DNA from: an uncultured Desulfobacter sp.
Lineage (GTDB): Bacteria > Desulfobacterota > Desulfobacteria > Desulfobacterales > Desulfobacteraceae
Direction: 5' to 3'
Length of the DNA: 64,000 nucleotides
Assembly (NCBI GenBank): GCA_963665095.1
Contig: OY762069.1
Location: 6,496,001-6,560,000, forward strand
Shown here: piece after piece, positions 28,989 through 39,023 of the stretch
Numbering within the stretch: the stretch's first letter is position 1
How the letters are laid out: every line of letters begins with the position of its first letter
The notes under the pieces: model-generated
What the model was told of the DNA's origin: nothing
Database searches by the model: none
What the model saw: the letters and a program-made list of their open reading frames with translations, nothing else
Position numbers and translations under genes: made by a program

Positions 28989-29792
28989 ATGAACACAAAT
29001 CCATTCAAGTCTGCTCAAAAGAAGGTACAGGGACTGTCCGAACGTCAAAATGAGATGGTTGACATTGTCAGGAAAGAGGGGTTTGCACCTATTGAAGAGT
29101 TGTCAAAGCATTTTGGTGTAACGCCCCAGACCATACGGCGTGATATAAACCAGTTATGTGATCTTGGGGTGTTGACCCGGTATCATGGGGGGGCTGCCTT
29201 CTCTTCCAGTGTGCGCAACGTGGATTATTCTGCCAGAAAAACCATGCTGCACAATGAAAAGCGAAGAATCGGAGCTCAACTGGCCAAATTCATTCCGGAT
29301 GGTGCCAGCGTATTTATTAATATCGGTACAACCACCGAAGAGGCTGCCATTGCCCTTGGGGGGAAGAAAGATCTCAAGGTCATCACCAATAACCTGAACG
29401 TGGCGATGCTCTTAAGTGCCAATGAAACCTTTGAGGTTATTGTGGCCGGCGGCCTTATCCGGAACAGGGACAAAGGCATTACCGGGGAGGCCACAGTTGA
29501 TTTCATAAATCAGTTCCGGGTGGACTATGGGGTTATCGGTGTTTCAGGAATTGATGAGGACGGCACCCTTTTGGACTACGATTACCACGAAGTCCGGGTG
29601 GCACGAGAAATTATTGCCAATTCGAGAAACGTTTTTCTTTTGGCAGACCATACAAAATTCAACAGAAACGCCATGGTAAGAATCGGTACCCTTGAGGATG
29701 TCCATTATCTTATTACGGATAAAAAACCCAATGATAAATTTGTCAAAATCATGGATGTCTACGGCGTAGAACTGTTGGTTGCCGAAAAATAA
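28989..29792 (+). CDS. glpR: DeoR-family glycerol-3-phosphate regulon repressor
   Basis: VTPQTIRRD, HGGA, GTTTE, ITNNL, LADHTKF; divergent from glpK. Confidence 0.92.
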   Translation: MNTNPFKSAQKKVQGLSERQNEMVDIVRKEGFAPIEELSKHFGVTPQTIRRDINQLCDLGVLTRYHGGAAFSSSVRNVDYSARKTMLHNEKRRIGAQLAKFIPDGASVFINIGTTTEEAAIALGGKKDLKVITNNLNVAMLLSANETFEVIVAGGLIRNRDKGITGEATVDFINQFRVDYGVIGVSGIDEDGTLLDYDYHEVRVAREIIANSRNVFLLADHTKFNRNAMVRIGTLEDVHYLITDKKPNDKFVKIMDVYGVELLVAEK

Positions 29793-29796
29793 AATA

Positions 29797-31011
29797 TCAG
29801 GATTCTGCCGGTATCACCTCCGGATCAGGGGTGTTCAACACGGACTGCGCAAGTATCTGGGTGGGATCCATGGTGGGAAGTGCCGTGAAGTGCCCCATCT
29901 GCATACGGCAGGCCCCGCAGTCCGAGATGACAATATCTGGTTTTTTTTCCAGAATGGCATCTGCTGCAATGGTTCCCAGCCGGATCGCATTGTTCTCAAA
30001 TTTTGATTTAAACCCGTAGCTCCCTGCAAGGCCGCAGCAATAGGTATCGTGAATCTGAAGTGTCAGACCCGGAATCATGCGAAGCAGCTTAACGGCAGGA
30101 TACCCGATCCCCAGGGCTCTTAAGTGACAGGGGATGTGGTAGGCAATGGTTTTATTCACCGGTGAAAAGGCTGGCGTGATCTCTTCTGTCTCCATGAGCA
30201 TGAGAATGTACTCGTGAATGTCATAGGTGTTCTTGGCAATCTTATTGCCCTGAGGGGTGTTTAATATACCGGGATAATCCTGCGTCAAAGTATTTCCACA
30301 GGAGGTACAGGAGTAAATGACATCGTAGCCTTTGTCAATGTAGCCGGAAAGGATGGCCGTATTTTTAGCGGCAAACTGTTTTGCCTTTTTCAGATCTCCG
30401 TTGGCCAAAGCCGGTAAGCCGCAACACACCTGCCGGGGGACCACGACTTTAATTCCAAGACTGGCTAAAAGGGTTGTCATGGTACGTCCCACTTCCGGGG
30501 CGTTATTTTCCAGGTAACATCCATGAAAGAAAACAATTTTTCTGTTTCCCTTTCCTTTCCACCGCCAGCTTCTGGAAAGGGTTTTAAAGTGAAACTCAGG
30601 GAATGGCATATAGGTTGACAGTCCCAGAAGTTTGAAGATTTTTTTCATGCTTTGGTTTTTGGTCACCAGATTGGCTATGGGGGCAAACAAAGAGCCTAAA
30701 AGCCCAAGGTAATAGTTATTGGCAAAAAGCATCGGAGCAAGCCCCTTACCATGGGCCCGGCTGTACTGCACCTGGGCCTCCTGAATGATGTGGGCCGGAT
30801 TTACGCCATGGGGGCAGGCCACATCACATCGCTTGCACTGGGCACATTTTTTTACCCATTCATCCACAGGGGCTACGTCCCCACCAACTCTGAAACGAAC
30901 AGCATCTGGCCCGGCCTGTTTGGGGCCGGGGAAGTCTTTATCCACCCGGAAAACCGGACAGTTTTCTTCGCACAGGGTGCATTTTATACAATGCTCAAAA
31001 TCATTATTCAT
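29797..31011 (-). CDS. glpC: Anaerobic glycerol-3-phosphate dehydrogenase subunit C
   Basis: CIKCTLCEENCP, GPKQAGPD, CAQCKRCDVACP, two CCG motifs. Confidence 0.95.
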   Translation of the reverse strand: MNNDFEHCIKCTLCEENCPVFRVDKDFPGPKQAGPDAVRFRVGGDVAPVDEWVKKCAQCKRCDVACPHGVNPAHIIQEAQVQYSRAHGKGLAPMLFANNYYLGLLGSLFAPIANLVTKNQSMKKIFKLLGLSTYMPFPEFHFKTLSRSWRWKGKGNRKIVFFHGCYLENNAPEVGRTMTTLLASLGIKVVVPRQVCCGLPALANGDLKKAKQFAAKNTAILSGYIDKGYDVIYSCTSCGNTLTQDYPGILNTPQGNKIAKNTYDIHEYILMLMETEEITPAFSPVNKTIAYHIPCHLRALGIGYPAVKLLRMIPGLTLQIHDTYCCGLAGSYGFKSKFENNAIRLGTIAADAILEKKPDIVISDCGACRMQMGHFTALPTMDPTQILAQSVLNTPDPEVIPAES

Positions 31012-32207
31012 TTCAGCTGCTCCTCACAATTAAGCGCCGCGGCAACCCCTGTTGCAATGGCCATTCCGTGGCCGCAGCCGTATTTCATGATTTCAGAAAA
31101 TGCCAGAATGGAGCCGCATACAAAAAGGTTGCGTAATTCACCATTCTCAGGCTGAAAGGACTTGTTGACAACGATACCTGATTTTTCAATTTCATGGCCG
31201 GTTTCAAAAAAATTGAGACCAAACCAGCTCTCCCGGCTGGCAGGTGCAAAGGCGGGAAGGTGAAACACGCCTTCCTCAACCACGCCCTCCTGCCGGGCAT
31301 AGAGACCGCCGCTGATAAAAGAGCCGGTGGCAAGGACAAAGGTCTTTCCTTCAATGCGTGTGGGCCGTCCGGCACCCTCCAGGGTGACGGCTTCGATGCT
31401 GTTTCCACCCGTTTCCACCGTTTTTACCGCATGTCCCCAGTAAAAATCTCCCCCGGTATTGTGCAGGGTGTTTTTAAGAGCATTGAATAACCTTAAACCC
31501 GGAATAGAGGGCGGCAGGGTGGGGATTTCAAAAATATCCCGTCCCAGTTTTCGGGCAACTTCCCCAAATACCCCTGGCTTTGTCCCCACGACAGCAGGCA
31601 GGGCAATTTTACCCGGGGGCAGGTTTAACCCGTTAACCCAGGCGATAAATTTATCCTGGAAACCCGGTTCATTAAATTTGGTGGCAATGCCCAGTGTGGA
31701 TACCTCATCGGCGTCAAATTCATTCACACTGGCATGTTGGTATCTGATGGTCACATAGCCTGAATAAAAGTCCTTTAATGCTTTAAATGTAATCAGATGC
31801 AAGGGCTCGGTGTCATTGATAAGACCGTTTGCATAAGCCATGCTTTCCGGGACAAGCGCGGTCTGTCTTAAATTGCCGGCAGGTGACAGGATATACCGGT
31901 TTTCCCGGGGATCTCCCACATAACTTAACCCGGCTTCTTTCATAACCAGAGTAAACAGTTCCATGGACTTTGTGATCCCGTCAGTGCCCACTAAATGATA
32001 GGGATGGTGTTCCGGAAGCCTGTCTATATCTGCTAAAGGCGCCTGTGTCCCCTGCAGAATATCTATGCAGCCCGTGGAGACCCTGCATACGGGATCTCCT
32101 TTTGAAACCACAGCCACACGCCGCTGGTTCCGGGTCAGGGCAATGGCTGCCATCAGGCCTGAGATGCCGCCGCCAATGATTACTGCATCATATTGTCCTG
32201 TTTTCAT
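31008..32207 (-). CDS. glpB: Anaerobic glycerol-3-phosphate dehydrogenase subunit B
   Basis: GGGISG, EIPTLPPSIPGLRL, LATGSFISGGL, GCGHGMA. Confidence 0.93.
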   Translation of the reverse strand: MKTGQYDAVIIGGGISGLMAAIALTRNQRRVAVVSKGDPVCRVSTGCIDILQGTQAPLADIDRLPEHHPYHLVGTDGITKSMELFTLVMKEAGLSYVGDPRENRYILSPAGNLRQTALVPESMAYANGLINDTEPLHLITFKALKDFYSGYVTIRYQHASVNEFDADEVSTLGIATKFNEPGFQDKFIAWVNGLNLPPGKIALPAVVGTKPGVFGEVARKLGRDIFEIPTLPPSIPGLRLFNALKNTLHNTGGDFYWGHAVKTVETGGNSIEAVTLEGAGRPTRIEGKTFVLATGSFISGGLYARQEGVVEEGVFHLPAFAPASRESWFGLNFFETGHEIEKSGIVVNKSFQPENGELRNLFVCGSILAFSEIMKYGCGHGMAIATGVAAALNCEEQLK

Positions 32208-33715
32208 TTTTGCTCCATATTCATAATACTCAGATAGATGCCTTCAACCAGTTGTTCCTCCCTGAGCTGATCTCCCCAGAGTGCCGGCCGGATGCCGCGA
32301 AACCGCCTTTGCAGGAATTCCCTTAACGCATCCATGGATGCTTCTGTGGTCATATGTCCGTTTTCCTGGATGAGCCCCAGGGCACGGTAAGTGCAGAAAC
32401 CTCCCTGACAGGGCCCCATGCCCAGCCGGGTCCGGTGCTGAATATCGCCGATGGATTTTGTGCCGGTGCGTTCAACAACGCTTTTAACCGCCTCTTTGGT
32501 AACAAGTTCACATCCGCAGATGATGTTTTTCATGTTCTTGAGACGTTTTGACAGCGGATAGCCGCTTAAGTGCTCCTGCCCCTCCAGGGGGAGTTCCATG
32601 GTCCGGCAGGGGATACGTTTCTGGAAAATATCTTTCAGGACCCTGTCCACCAGTTTTTCAGCCATCAGCCGGTAGGTGGTCAGTTTTCCGCCCAGAATGG
32701 AGTACATGCCGTCCTTGTGGTCAATGATTCTAAATCCCCTGGAGATGGAACGGTCATCCCCGCCACCGCCTGAAAGCAACGGTCTGACCCCTGTGTAGGC
32801 GCGTATCAGGCGTGTGTTCTCGAATTCCGGTAAAAGTTGTGTTGCTTCACTGGTGACAATATCCACTTCATCCGCTCCCACCACCAGATTTTCCGGGCTC
32901 TCCACTGAGATGGAGGTGGTGCCGGCAAGGCAGACCGCTTCGTTGGGAACAATGATATCTCCATTGGCAGGGGGCCGCAACCGGTTGATCACCAGGTTGG
33001 TCAGGCGGTGATTCGTGATCACAAGGCTTCCTTTGGACAGGCTCATGGGTACATCGTTTCCTGCAAGATTGGCGATCTTCTTTCCCCATGCCCCGCCGGC
33101 GTTGATGATCACCTTTCCGTAAATTTCTTTGACCTCCTGAGTGAAGCGATCTTTAGCTCTGACGCCTTTCAGGCGGCCTTTTTCCCGAATAAATTCAAAC
33201 ACCTCGTGGTGTCTGTGAAATATGCCGCCCCGGTTTTGTGAAGAGATGGCGTTGAGCATGCACAGTCTGAAGGGGTCAATGGAACAGTCCGGTACATGGA
33301 TAGCTTCTTCCAGTGCGGGATTCAGTTTTGGCACAAGCGCCAGTGCCTTTTCCGCCGACAATGCCTGCGTCTCAATGCCTGCCTTGTCACAGCTCTGGAT
33401 GAATGTGTCTCTGTATCTTTTTGAATCCCCCGGCAGTCGTACAAAAAGGCCCCCGGTCTGCTCCACGCATTTGGCCCCGATTTTTCTTAAGATCATATTT
33501 TCCTGGATGCACTCTTCTGCGGCCTCCGCATCTGAAACAGCATACCTGCCGCCGCTGTGAAGCAGGCCATGACAGGCCCCGGTGGCGCCGGCAGCGAAAT
33601 CACCCTTTTCGATCAGGTGATGGGCAATCCCGCGCAGGGCAAGGTCTCTGGCAATGCCGCATCCAGTGGCTCCTCCCCCAATAATGATGACATCGGTTTT
33701 AATCATATCAGACAT
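32204..33715 (-). CDS. glpA: Anaerobic glycerol-3-phosphate dehydrogenase subunit A
   Basis: GGGATG, HGLLHSGGRYAV, GVRPL, GGKLTTYRLMAE, RTRLGMGPCQGGFC. Confidence 0.96.
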   Translation of the reverse strand: MSDMIKTDVIIIGGGATGCGIARDLALRGIAHHLIEKGDFAAGATGACHGLLHSGGRYAVSDAEAAEECIQENMILRKIGAKCVEQTGGLFVRLPGDSKRYRDTFIQSCDKAGIETQALSAEKALALVPKLNPALEEAIHVPDCSIDPFRLCMLNAISSQNRGGIFHRHHEVFEFIREKGRLKGVRAKDRFTQEVKEIYGKVIINAGGAWGKKIANLAGNDVPMSLSKGSLVITNHRLTNLVINRLRPPANGDIIVPNEAVCLAGTTSISVESPENLVVGADEVDIVTSEATQLLPEFENTRLIRAYTGVRPLLSGGGGDDRSISRGFRIIDHKDGMYSILGGKLTTYRLMAEKLVDRVLKDIFQKRIPCRTMELPLEGQEHLSGYPLSKRLKNMKNIICGCELVTKEAVKSVVERTGTKSIGDIQHRTRLGMGPCQGGFCTYRALGLIQENGHMTTEASMDALREFLQRRFRGIRPALWGDQLREEQLVEGIYLSIMNMEQK

Positions 33716-33907
33716 CCTCAGGTATTGTTGTTAAGGCTGTAATTTTTATAGAACATGAACGGGATTTCATTGCTGCAACCTTTCCTTTCTAAACATAGTT
33801 TGGTGGTTGACTCAAAACCGGTTCCAAGCAGGGGGTGATACATGTGACTTTGAATAATTCCAGCTGTGCGCTGCTTTAACCGAATCCTTTAAAATAACGC
33901 TATCATA

Positions 33908-33927
33908 ATTGTTCGTTAATGAAAATT
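33908..33927. promoter_or_regulatory. GlpR-type operator upstream of glpA
   Basis: ATTGTTCGTTAATGAAAATT matches 17/20 positions of the E. coli GlpR consensus WATGTTCGWTAWCGAACATW. Confidence 0.6.
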
Positions 33928-34273
33928 AAAATGTTAAAACCGGATGAAAATTTTTCATTTAAATGAGTCTGTTTTCAGAAACATCAATGGGGGTTTTAAA
34001 GGTGGATAGTCTGTATAGCCAGTGTAGATGATGATAACAAGTATAATGCGCAATTTTAAAAAGAGATTGAAAACCAGGTGTTCTGTTTTTCTTATGTGGT
34101 ATCAGGCAGATTGTTAAAAATATAAAAATGATCATTTTTGAACATCTTTCCAAAACACTGTCTGGCATGAAAGCGCAGGTACTCCCGACAACAGTAATAT
34201 CAATATTTTGATCATGTCGATGGGTGAAAATATGGTGGCGCCCCTGCCCCTTTTACCTTTTGGGGAGTTAAAC

Positions 34274-34611
34274 ATGGTACAAAAGAAAGACCCTGAAAAC
34301 AAACAGGTCCCGGTTTCGGTAACATCCGACTTTATCCTCTGCACATCCGGTTCAGGGGATGTGAGGGTAGAGGTTGTTTTCACGATGAATCGGTCTGGAT
34401 GACCCAGAAAAAAATGGGAGAAATCTTTGAAAAAGAGATAAGCGTTATTACCAAACATTTAAGAAATATTTTTAATACCGGTGAACTGGAAGAGGAATCA
34501 GTATGTGCAAATTTTGCACACACTGCGGCAGCCGGGAAAACATACCAGACCAAATACTACAACCTGGACGCCATCATCTCCGTAGGCTACCGTGTATACT
34601 CCTATAATTAG
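34274..34611 (+). pseudogene. RhuM-family protein remnant (frameshifted and truncated)
   Basis: Restoring one T near 34380 gives VRVEVVFHDESVWMTQKKMGEIF...TKHLRNIFNTGEL...YYNLDAIISVGYRV. A stop follows immediately after. Confidence 0.8.
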
Positions 34612-34622
34612 TGTCTGCTCGA

Positions 34623-36455
34623 TCAATCAGATTTGGCCATACATCTTCGACATTCATGGCAGGGCTTCATGGGGCAGGATGGGCTGGTCCGGATCTCTTT
34701 TCCCCGCAGGTACTCTTTGAAAAGAAAGGCATCAGACACCGGATGGGCAAGGATATTCCATGGCAGAGAGCTGGAGCGCTCCCCGACAATATCCATGGAT
34801 TTTTCAGTATGAATTACCTGCTGGCAGTATGTTTTGTTCAGTCTGAATGTTTTTGTCCAGCCGTGGTCCAGGGCCTGCTCAATCAGGTCGGCGGTTCTGC
34901 GGTCCCCTAAGGAGAGCAGGGCATCAATCCTTGACTGGCGCAGGGATTCAAAGTTCAGTGCGATATTGGCGGTTTTTTTAAGACCCTGGCGGATGATCTC
35001 CATGCGTTTTTCAAGCAGGTTCTGCTGTGTCATGCCTGACCATTGAAAAGGGGTGGAAGGTTTGGGGATAAAGGGATTGATGCTCAGGGTAATGGTACCC
35101 ATGCGTTTGTTTTTTCTGGATGCATCAAGAAACACCGTTTTAATGTCAAGGGCAAGGTCTACGATGGCCTGGACATCCCTTCCGGTTTCAAACGGCAGCC
35201 CGATCATGAAATAGAGCCGCAGGTTGATGATGCCCTGGGCCACCAGATTTTGGGCCGCCTGAAGGATCTGGTCCCTGGAGAGCTTTTTATTGATGATATC
35301 GCGCATACGCTGAGATCCTGCTTCCGGGGCAATGGTGGCGGTTTTTACATTGGATTCAGCAATGGATGCAATGATATCCCGGTCAAGTTTGTCTGCCCGA
35401 AGGGAGGAAAAGGAGATCCGCATCCCTTTATCCCGGCCATATTGGCAGATTTGGTCAATATCCGGATGATCCAGAATGGCGGAACTGACCAGGCCTATGC
35501 GGTCTGTTTTTTCTCTTGCCTGATCAATGGCCGTCAGGATGGTGGCGGTCGGATATACCCTGGGGGGGCGGTAAATAAAACCGGCGGTGCAGAACCTGCA
35601 GCCATGGGGGCATCCCTTGAGAATTTCCACCAGAAAGGTGTCCTTAAAGGCGGTGTCTTCCGTCATTACTGCTGTAGTGGTAACTGTATCATCTAAATGG
35701 TCAAGGTACTGTACCTGAATCTGTTGGTCAGGAAGGGCAGGACTGGGAGGATTCGGTGGGATTTGATAATTCGGGGGTACTGGTGAGGCAGAGGAGGGAC
35801 CGGCTTTGGAAGCATCCGGCAACACGTTGGCAGGTGGCAGACCCGGCGCTACATTTTCATCAAGGGGGTATAAAATAGGTGTGTGGGCACCGGGAACATA
35901 GGCACCGGGTACGCTGGTTTCAATTCCGGAAATAAGGGCTTTTTTGCTGCCTGCCTGATGAAAGGCGTCAAAGAATGGCGTAAGCAGACACTCCGCTTCC
36001 CCTAAAAGGAAGAGATCCATAAAAGGGGCAATGGGTTCCGGATTCAGGGTGCAGGCGACCCCCCCCGCAGCCACCAGGGGGTGGATGTGGTGTCGGTTGG
36101 ATGACCGCAGGGGAAGGCCTGCTGCCCGCAACATACGGGCGAGATTCAAAAAGTCGTTCTCAAAGGAGATTGAGAACAGGATCATGTCAAACTGATCCAG
36201 ATGCAAGCCTGTCTCAAGGCTGAAAATGCCGTTGGTTTTCCGCCGGGTGTCGGGCAGAAACACCCGTTCACAGGCAACCGCCTCATTCTGGTTGGCAAGG
36301 CGGTAAACCGTCTGAAATCCCAGACAGGACATGCCTGCCCGATAGGTGTTGGGGTAGACCAGTGCGACTCTGGTCAGGCCCCGTCCACGTTTTACAATGG
36401 CCCCCTGCTCTTCATGAAAGCCGGAGGTCCGGGCCGGCTGGCGCCGCTTCTTCAT
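34623..36455 (-). CDS. Radical SAM protein with N-terminal B12-binding-like domain
   Basis: LVYPNTYRAGMSCLG, FSISFEND, KGCPHGCRFC (CxxxCxxC), SSLRAD, APEAGS, YFMIGLP, FIPKPSTPFQW. Confidence 0.9.
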   Translation of the reverse strand: MKKRRQPARTSGFHEEQGAIVKRGRGLTRVALVYPNTYRAGMSCLGFQTVYRLANQNEAVACERVFLPDTRRKTNGIFSLETGLHLDQFDMILFSISFENDFLNLARMLRAAGLPLRSSNRHHIHPLVAAGGVACTLNPEPIAPFMDLFLLGEAECLLTPFFDAFHQAGSKKALISGIETSVPGAYVPGAHTPILYPLDENVAPGLPPANVLPDASKAGPSSASPVPPNYQIPPNPPSPALPDQQIQVQYLDHLDDTVTTTAVMTEDTAFKDTFLVEILKGCPHGCRFCTAGFIYRPPRVYPTATILTAIDQAREKTDRIGLVSSAILDHPDIDQICQYGRDKGMRISFSSLRADKLDRDIIASIAESNVKTATIAPEAGSQRMRDIINKKLSRDQILQAAQNLVAQGIINLRLYFMIGLPFETGRDVQAIVDLALDIKTVFLDASRKNKRMGTITLSINPFIPKPSTPFQWSGMTQQNLLEKRMEIIRQGLKKTANIALNFESLRQSRIDALLSLGDRRTADLIEQALDHGWTKTFRLNKTYCQQVIHTEKSMDIVGERSSSLPWNILAHPVSDAFLFKEYLRGKEIRTSPSCPMKPCHECRRCMAKSD

Positions 36456-36458
36456 TGC

Positions 36459-37784
36459 CTAATCGGCTTTGCGTCTCAGAAAAGTCGGGATTTCAAGATC
36501 ATCGTTGTCAAAATTGGCAGTATAATCCTGGATGAGATGGTCATCACCCACTGCCCGTTTATGACGGACAACGCGCACCGCATCCTCACCCCAGTCAGCC
36601 AGTTCCGCCTGCGTTGCATCCCTGATTACACCTCTGGCAATGGGTTCCTGCCGGCTGCTGCCGGACATGGATGCATTCATTTGCGTCGGGCCGGCACTGT
36701 AGGGCTGAGCACTGTATGCCCCGTAGGAACCATTGGCTGCCTGCTGGACCTGCTGCGGCTGTGCATAGGCTTGCGCCTGCCTGGGGTCAAATTTGTGCAT
36801 GTTTTCTGCCAGGGCCGGCTCTTCCATGCCAATGCCGGTGGCGATGACAGTAATGCGGATTTCATCCCCAAGTTCTTCATCAAAGGTCTGGCCCCAGATG
36901 ATTTCCGCATCATCTCCCACTTCCTGGTAGATGCGGTCGCAGGCTTCGGTCATTTCGTCCAGGGTAAGGTCAGAGCTTGAGGTGATGTTCATCAAAACGC
37001 CCTTGGCCCCTGAAATGGAAATATCTTCAAGCAACGGATGGGAAATGGCCCGTTCAGCCGCTTCGGTGGCGCGGTTTTCACCCGAGGCAATGCCAATACC
37101 CATTAATGCCTTGCCAGCTTTCTGCATGGTGGTTTTAACATCGGCAAAGTCCAGGTTAACATGGCCGGGCATCATGATCAGATCGGTGATGCCTTTGACA
37201 GAGTGGTGCAGGATTTCATCGGCTTTGATGAACATGTCCACCATGCGGGCACCTTTTGCGGCAATGCCCCGCAGCCGGTCATTGGGGATTGTGATGACCG
37301 TGTCAGTAATGCCCTGCAGTTTATCCAGTCCGGCCAGAGCTGCTTTTTCTCGTTTTTTGCCTTCAAAGGAAAAGGGCTTGGATGCCACGGCTACGGTTAG
37401 AATACCAAGATCTTTGCAGATCTCAGCAATCACAGGTGCGGCTCCTGTGCCGGTGCCCCCGCCAAAGCCTGCTGTAATAAATACCATGTGGCTGTCTGCA
37501 AGGGCATCCCGCAGTTCATCCATGCTTTCAAGGGCTGCTTCCCGGCCAATATTGGGATCGGCCCCGGCGCCCAGTCCTTCAGTAAGCTGGGAGCCCATCT
37601 GGATTTTTATCTCTGCCCTGGAGTGCTCCAGGGCCTGGGCATCGGTGTTGGCCACTATGAACTTGACGCCCTGCAGTTTTGCGTCAATCATGTTGTTCAC
37701 AGCATTTCCGCCGGCGCCACCCACACCAATGACCTTGATTTTCGCCGTGCTGTTGTTTTCCACATAAGAAAAAGTCATATCCAC
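36459..37784 (-). CDS. ftsZ: Cell division protein FtsZ
   Basis: GVGGAGGNA, GGGTGTG, NLDFAD, C-terminal LEIPTFLR. Confidence 0.99.
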   Translation of the reverse strand: MDMTFSYVENNSTAKIKVIGVGGAGGNAVNNMIDAKLQGVKFIVANTDAQALEHSRAEIKIQMGSQLTEGLGAGADPNIGREAALESMDELRDALADSHMVFITAGFGGGTGTGAAPVIAEICKDLGILTVAVASKPFSFEGKKREKAALAGLDKLQGITDTVITIPNDRLRGIAAKGARMVDMFIKADEILHHSVKGITDLIMMPGHVNLDFADVKTTMQKAGKALMGIGIASGENRATEAAERAISHPLLEDISISGAKGVLMNITSSSDLTLDEMTEACDRIYQEVGDDAEIIWGQTFDEELGDEIRITVIATGIGMEEPALAENMHKFDPRQAQAYAQPQQVQQAANGSYGAYSAQPYSAGPTQMNASMSGSSRQEPIARGVIRDATQAELADWGEDAVRVVRHKRAVGDDHLIQDYTANFDNDDLEIPTFLRRKAD

Positions 37785-37795
37785 CTCCTTTGGAA

Positions 37796-39022
37796 TTAAA
37801 TAATATTCTTAAACCATTGTTTCATTTTATTTAATATGTTTGATATCCCCTGGGATTCAGACCGGGTCACCCGGATATTGCAGGTGGCCTTGGATCCGAA
37901 AATTACCAGCCCTACGCCAGTGGCATAGGCGGGATTCTTAACAATATCTTTCAGTCCGCCAATGCGGTCTGGTTCGCCAATGCGTACCGGCACATTGAAT
38001 ACGGATTCGGCAATGTCGGTGATGCCGTTCATGACCACACTGCCGCCGGTAAGGATAAAGCCGGCGGGAAAGGCGTTTTCAAGGCCATTGGCAAACAGCT
38101 CTTTTTTTAACAGTGTAAAGATCTCTTCCACCCTGGGTTCCAGGATTTCAGCCAGTATGCCCTTGGCCAGCCGTTTGGGCGCTCTGCCGCCCACGGCCGG
38201 CACCTCAATGACATCACCTGATCTGACGTTTTCGGGCATGCAGGTGCCATGGGCGATTTTAATTTTTTCCGCTTCAGGCAAAGGGGTGCGAAGCCCTACG
38301 GAAATATCATTGGTCAGGTTATGGCCGCCCACGGTGAGTTCATAAATAAATTTCAGGTTGTTGTCCTTGAAGAGCGCAAGGTCTGTGGTACCGCCGCCCA
38401 TATCTGCTAATATGCAGCCCAGTTCCTTTTCCTCATCCGTAAGCACGGCCTGGCCTGAAGCCAGGGACTCCAGTGCAATGTCGCATACTTCAAGACCGGC
38501 CTTGTGACAGCACTTGACGATATTGCGCGCGGATGACACAGCGCCTGTAATGATATGGATTTTTGCCTCCAGGCGCACGGCTGTCATGCCCACGGGGTTC
38601 TGGATGGATTCCATGTCATCCACGATGAACTCCTGGGAGATAACATGCAGGATTTCCCGGTCCGGCGGAATGGCCACGGCCTTGGCGGCATCAATCACCC
38701 GTTCCACATCATTTTCCGTGATCTCCCGGCCCTTGATGGCAATAATGCCATGGCTGTTAAACCCTTTGATATGGTTGCCGGCAATGCCCACATAGACAGA
38801 AGAGATATCGCAGCCGGCCATCAGTTCGGCCTCCTCCACGGCTTTTTTAATGGAATCCACCGTGGATTCAATATTGACCACTGAGCCTTTGCGCAGACCC
38901 GTTGACGGATGGGAGCCCACACCAATGATGTTGATCTCATCCTCAATCATCTCGCCGACCACAGCACAGATTTTAGTGGTGCCGATATCAAGACCCACCA
39001 GTATTTTTTCGTGTCCCTGCAA
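37796..39022 (-). CDS. ftsA: Cell division protein FtsA
   Basis: GLDIGTTK, DMGGGTTD, AEKIK, YATGVGL. Start set at TTG 39022. Confidence 0.97.
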   Translation of the reverse strand: MQGHEKILVGLDIGTTKICAVVGEMIEDEINIIGVGSHPSTGLRKGSVVNIESTVDSIKKAVEEAELMAGCDISSVYVGIAGNHIKGFNSHGIIAIKGREITENDVERVIDAAKAVAIPPDREILHVISQEFIVDDMESIQNPVGMTAVRLEAKIHIITGAVSSARNIVKCCHKAGLEVCDIALESLASGQAVLTDEEKELGCILADMGGGTTDLALFKDNNLKFIYELTVGGHNLTNDISVGLRTPLPEAEKIKIAHGTCMPENVRSGDVIEVPAVGGRAPKRLAKGILAEILEPRVEEIFTLLKKELFANGLENAFPAGFILTGGSVVMNGITDIAESVFNVPVRIGEPDRIGGLKDIVKNPAYATGVGLVIFGSKATCNIRVTRSESQGISNILNKMKQWFKNII

Positions 39023-39023
39023 G

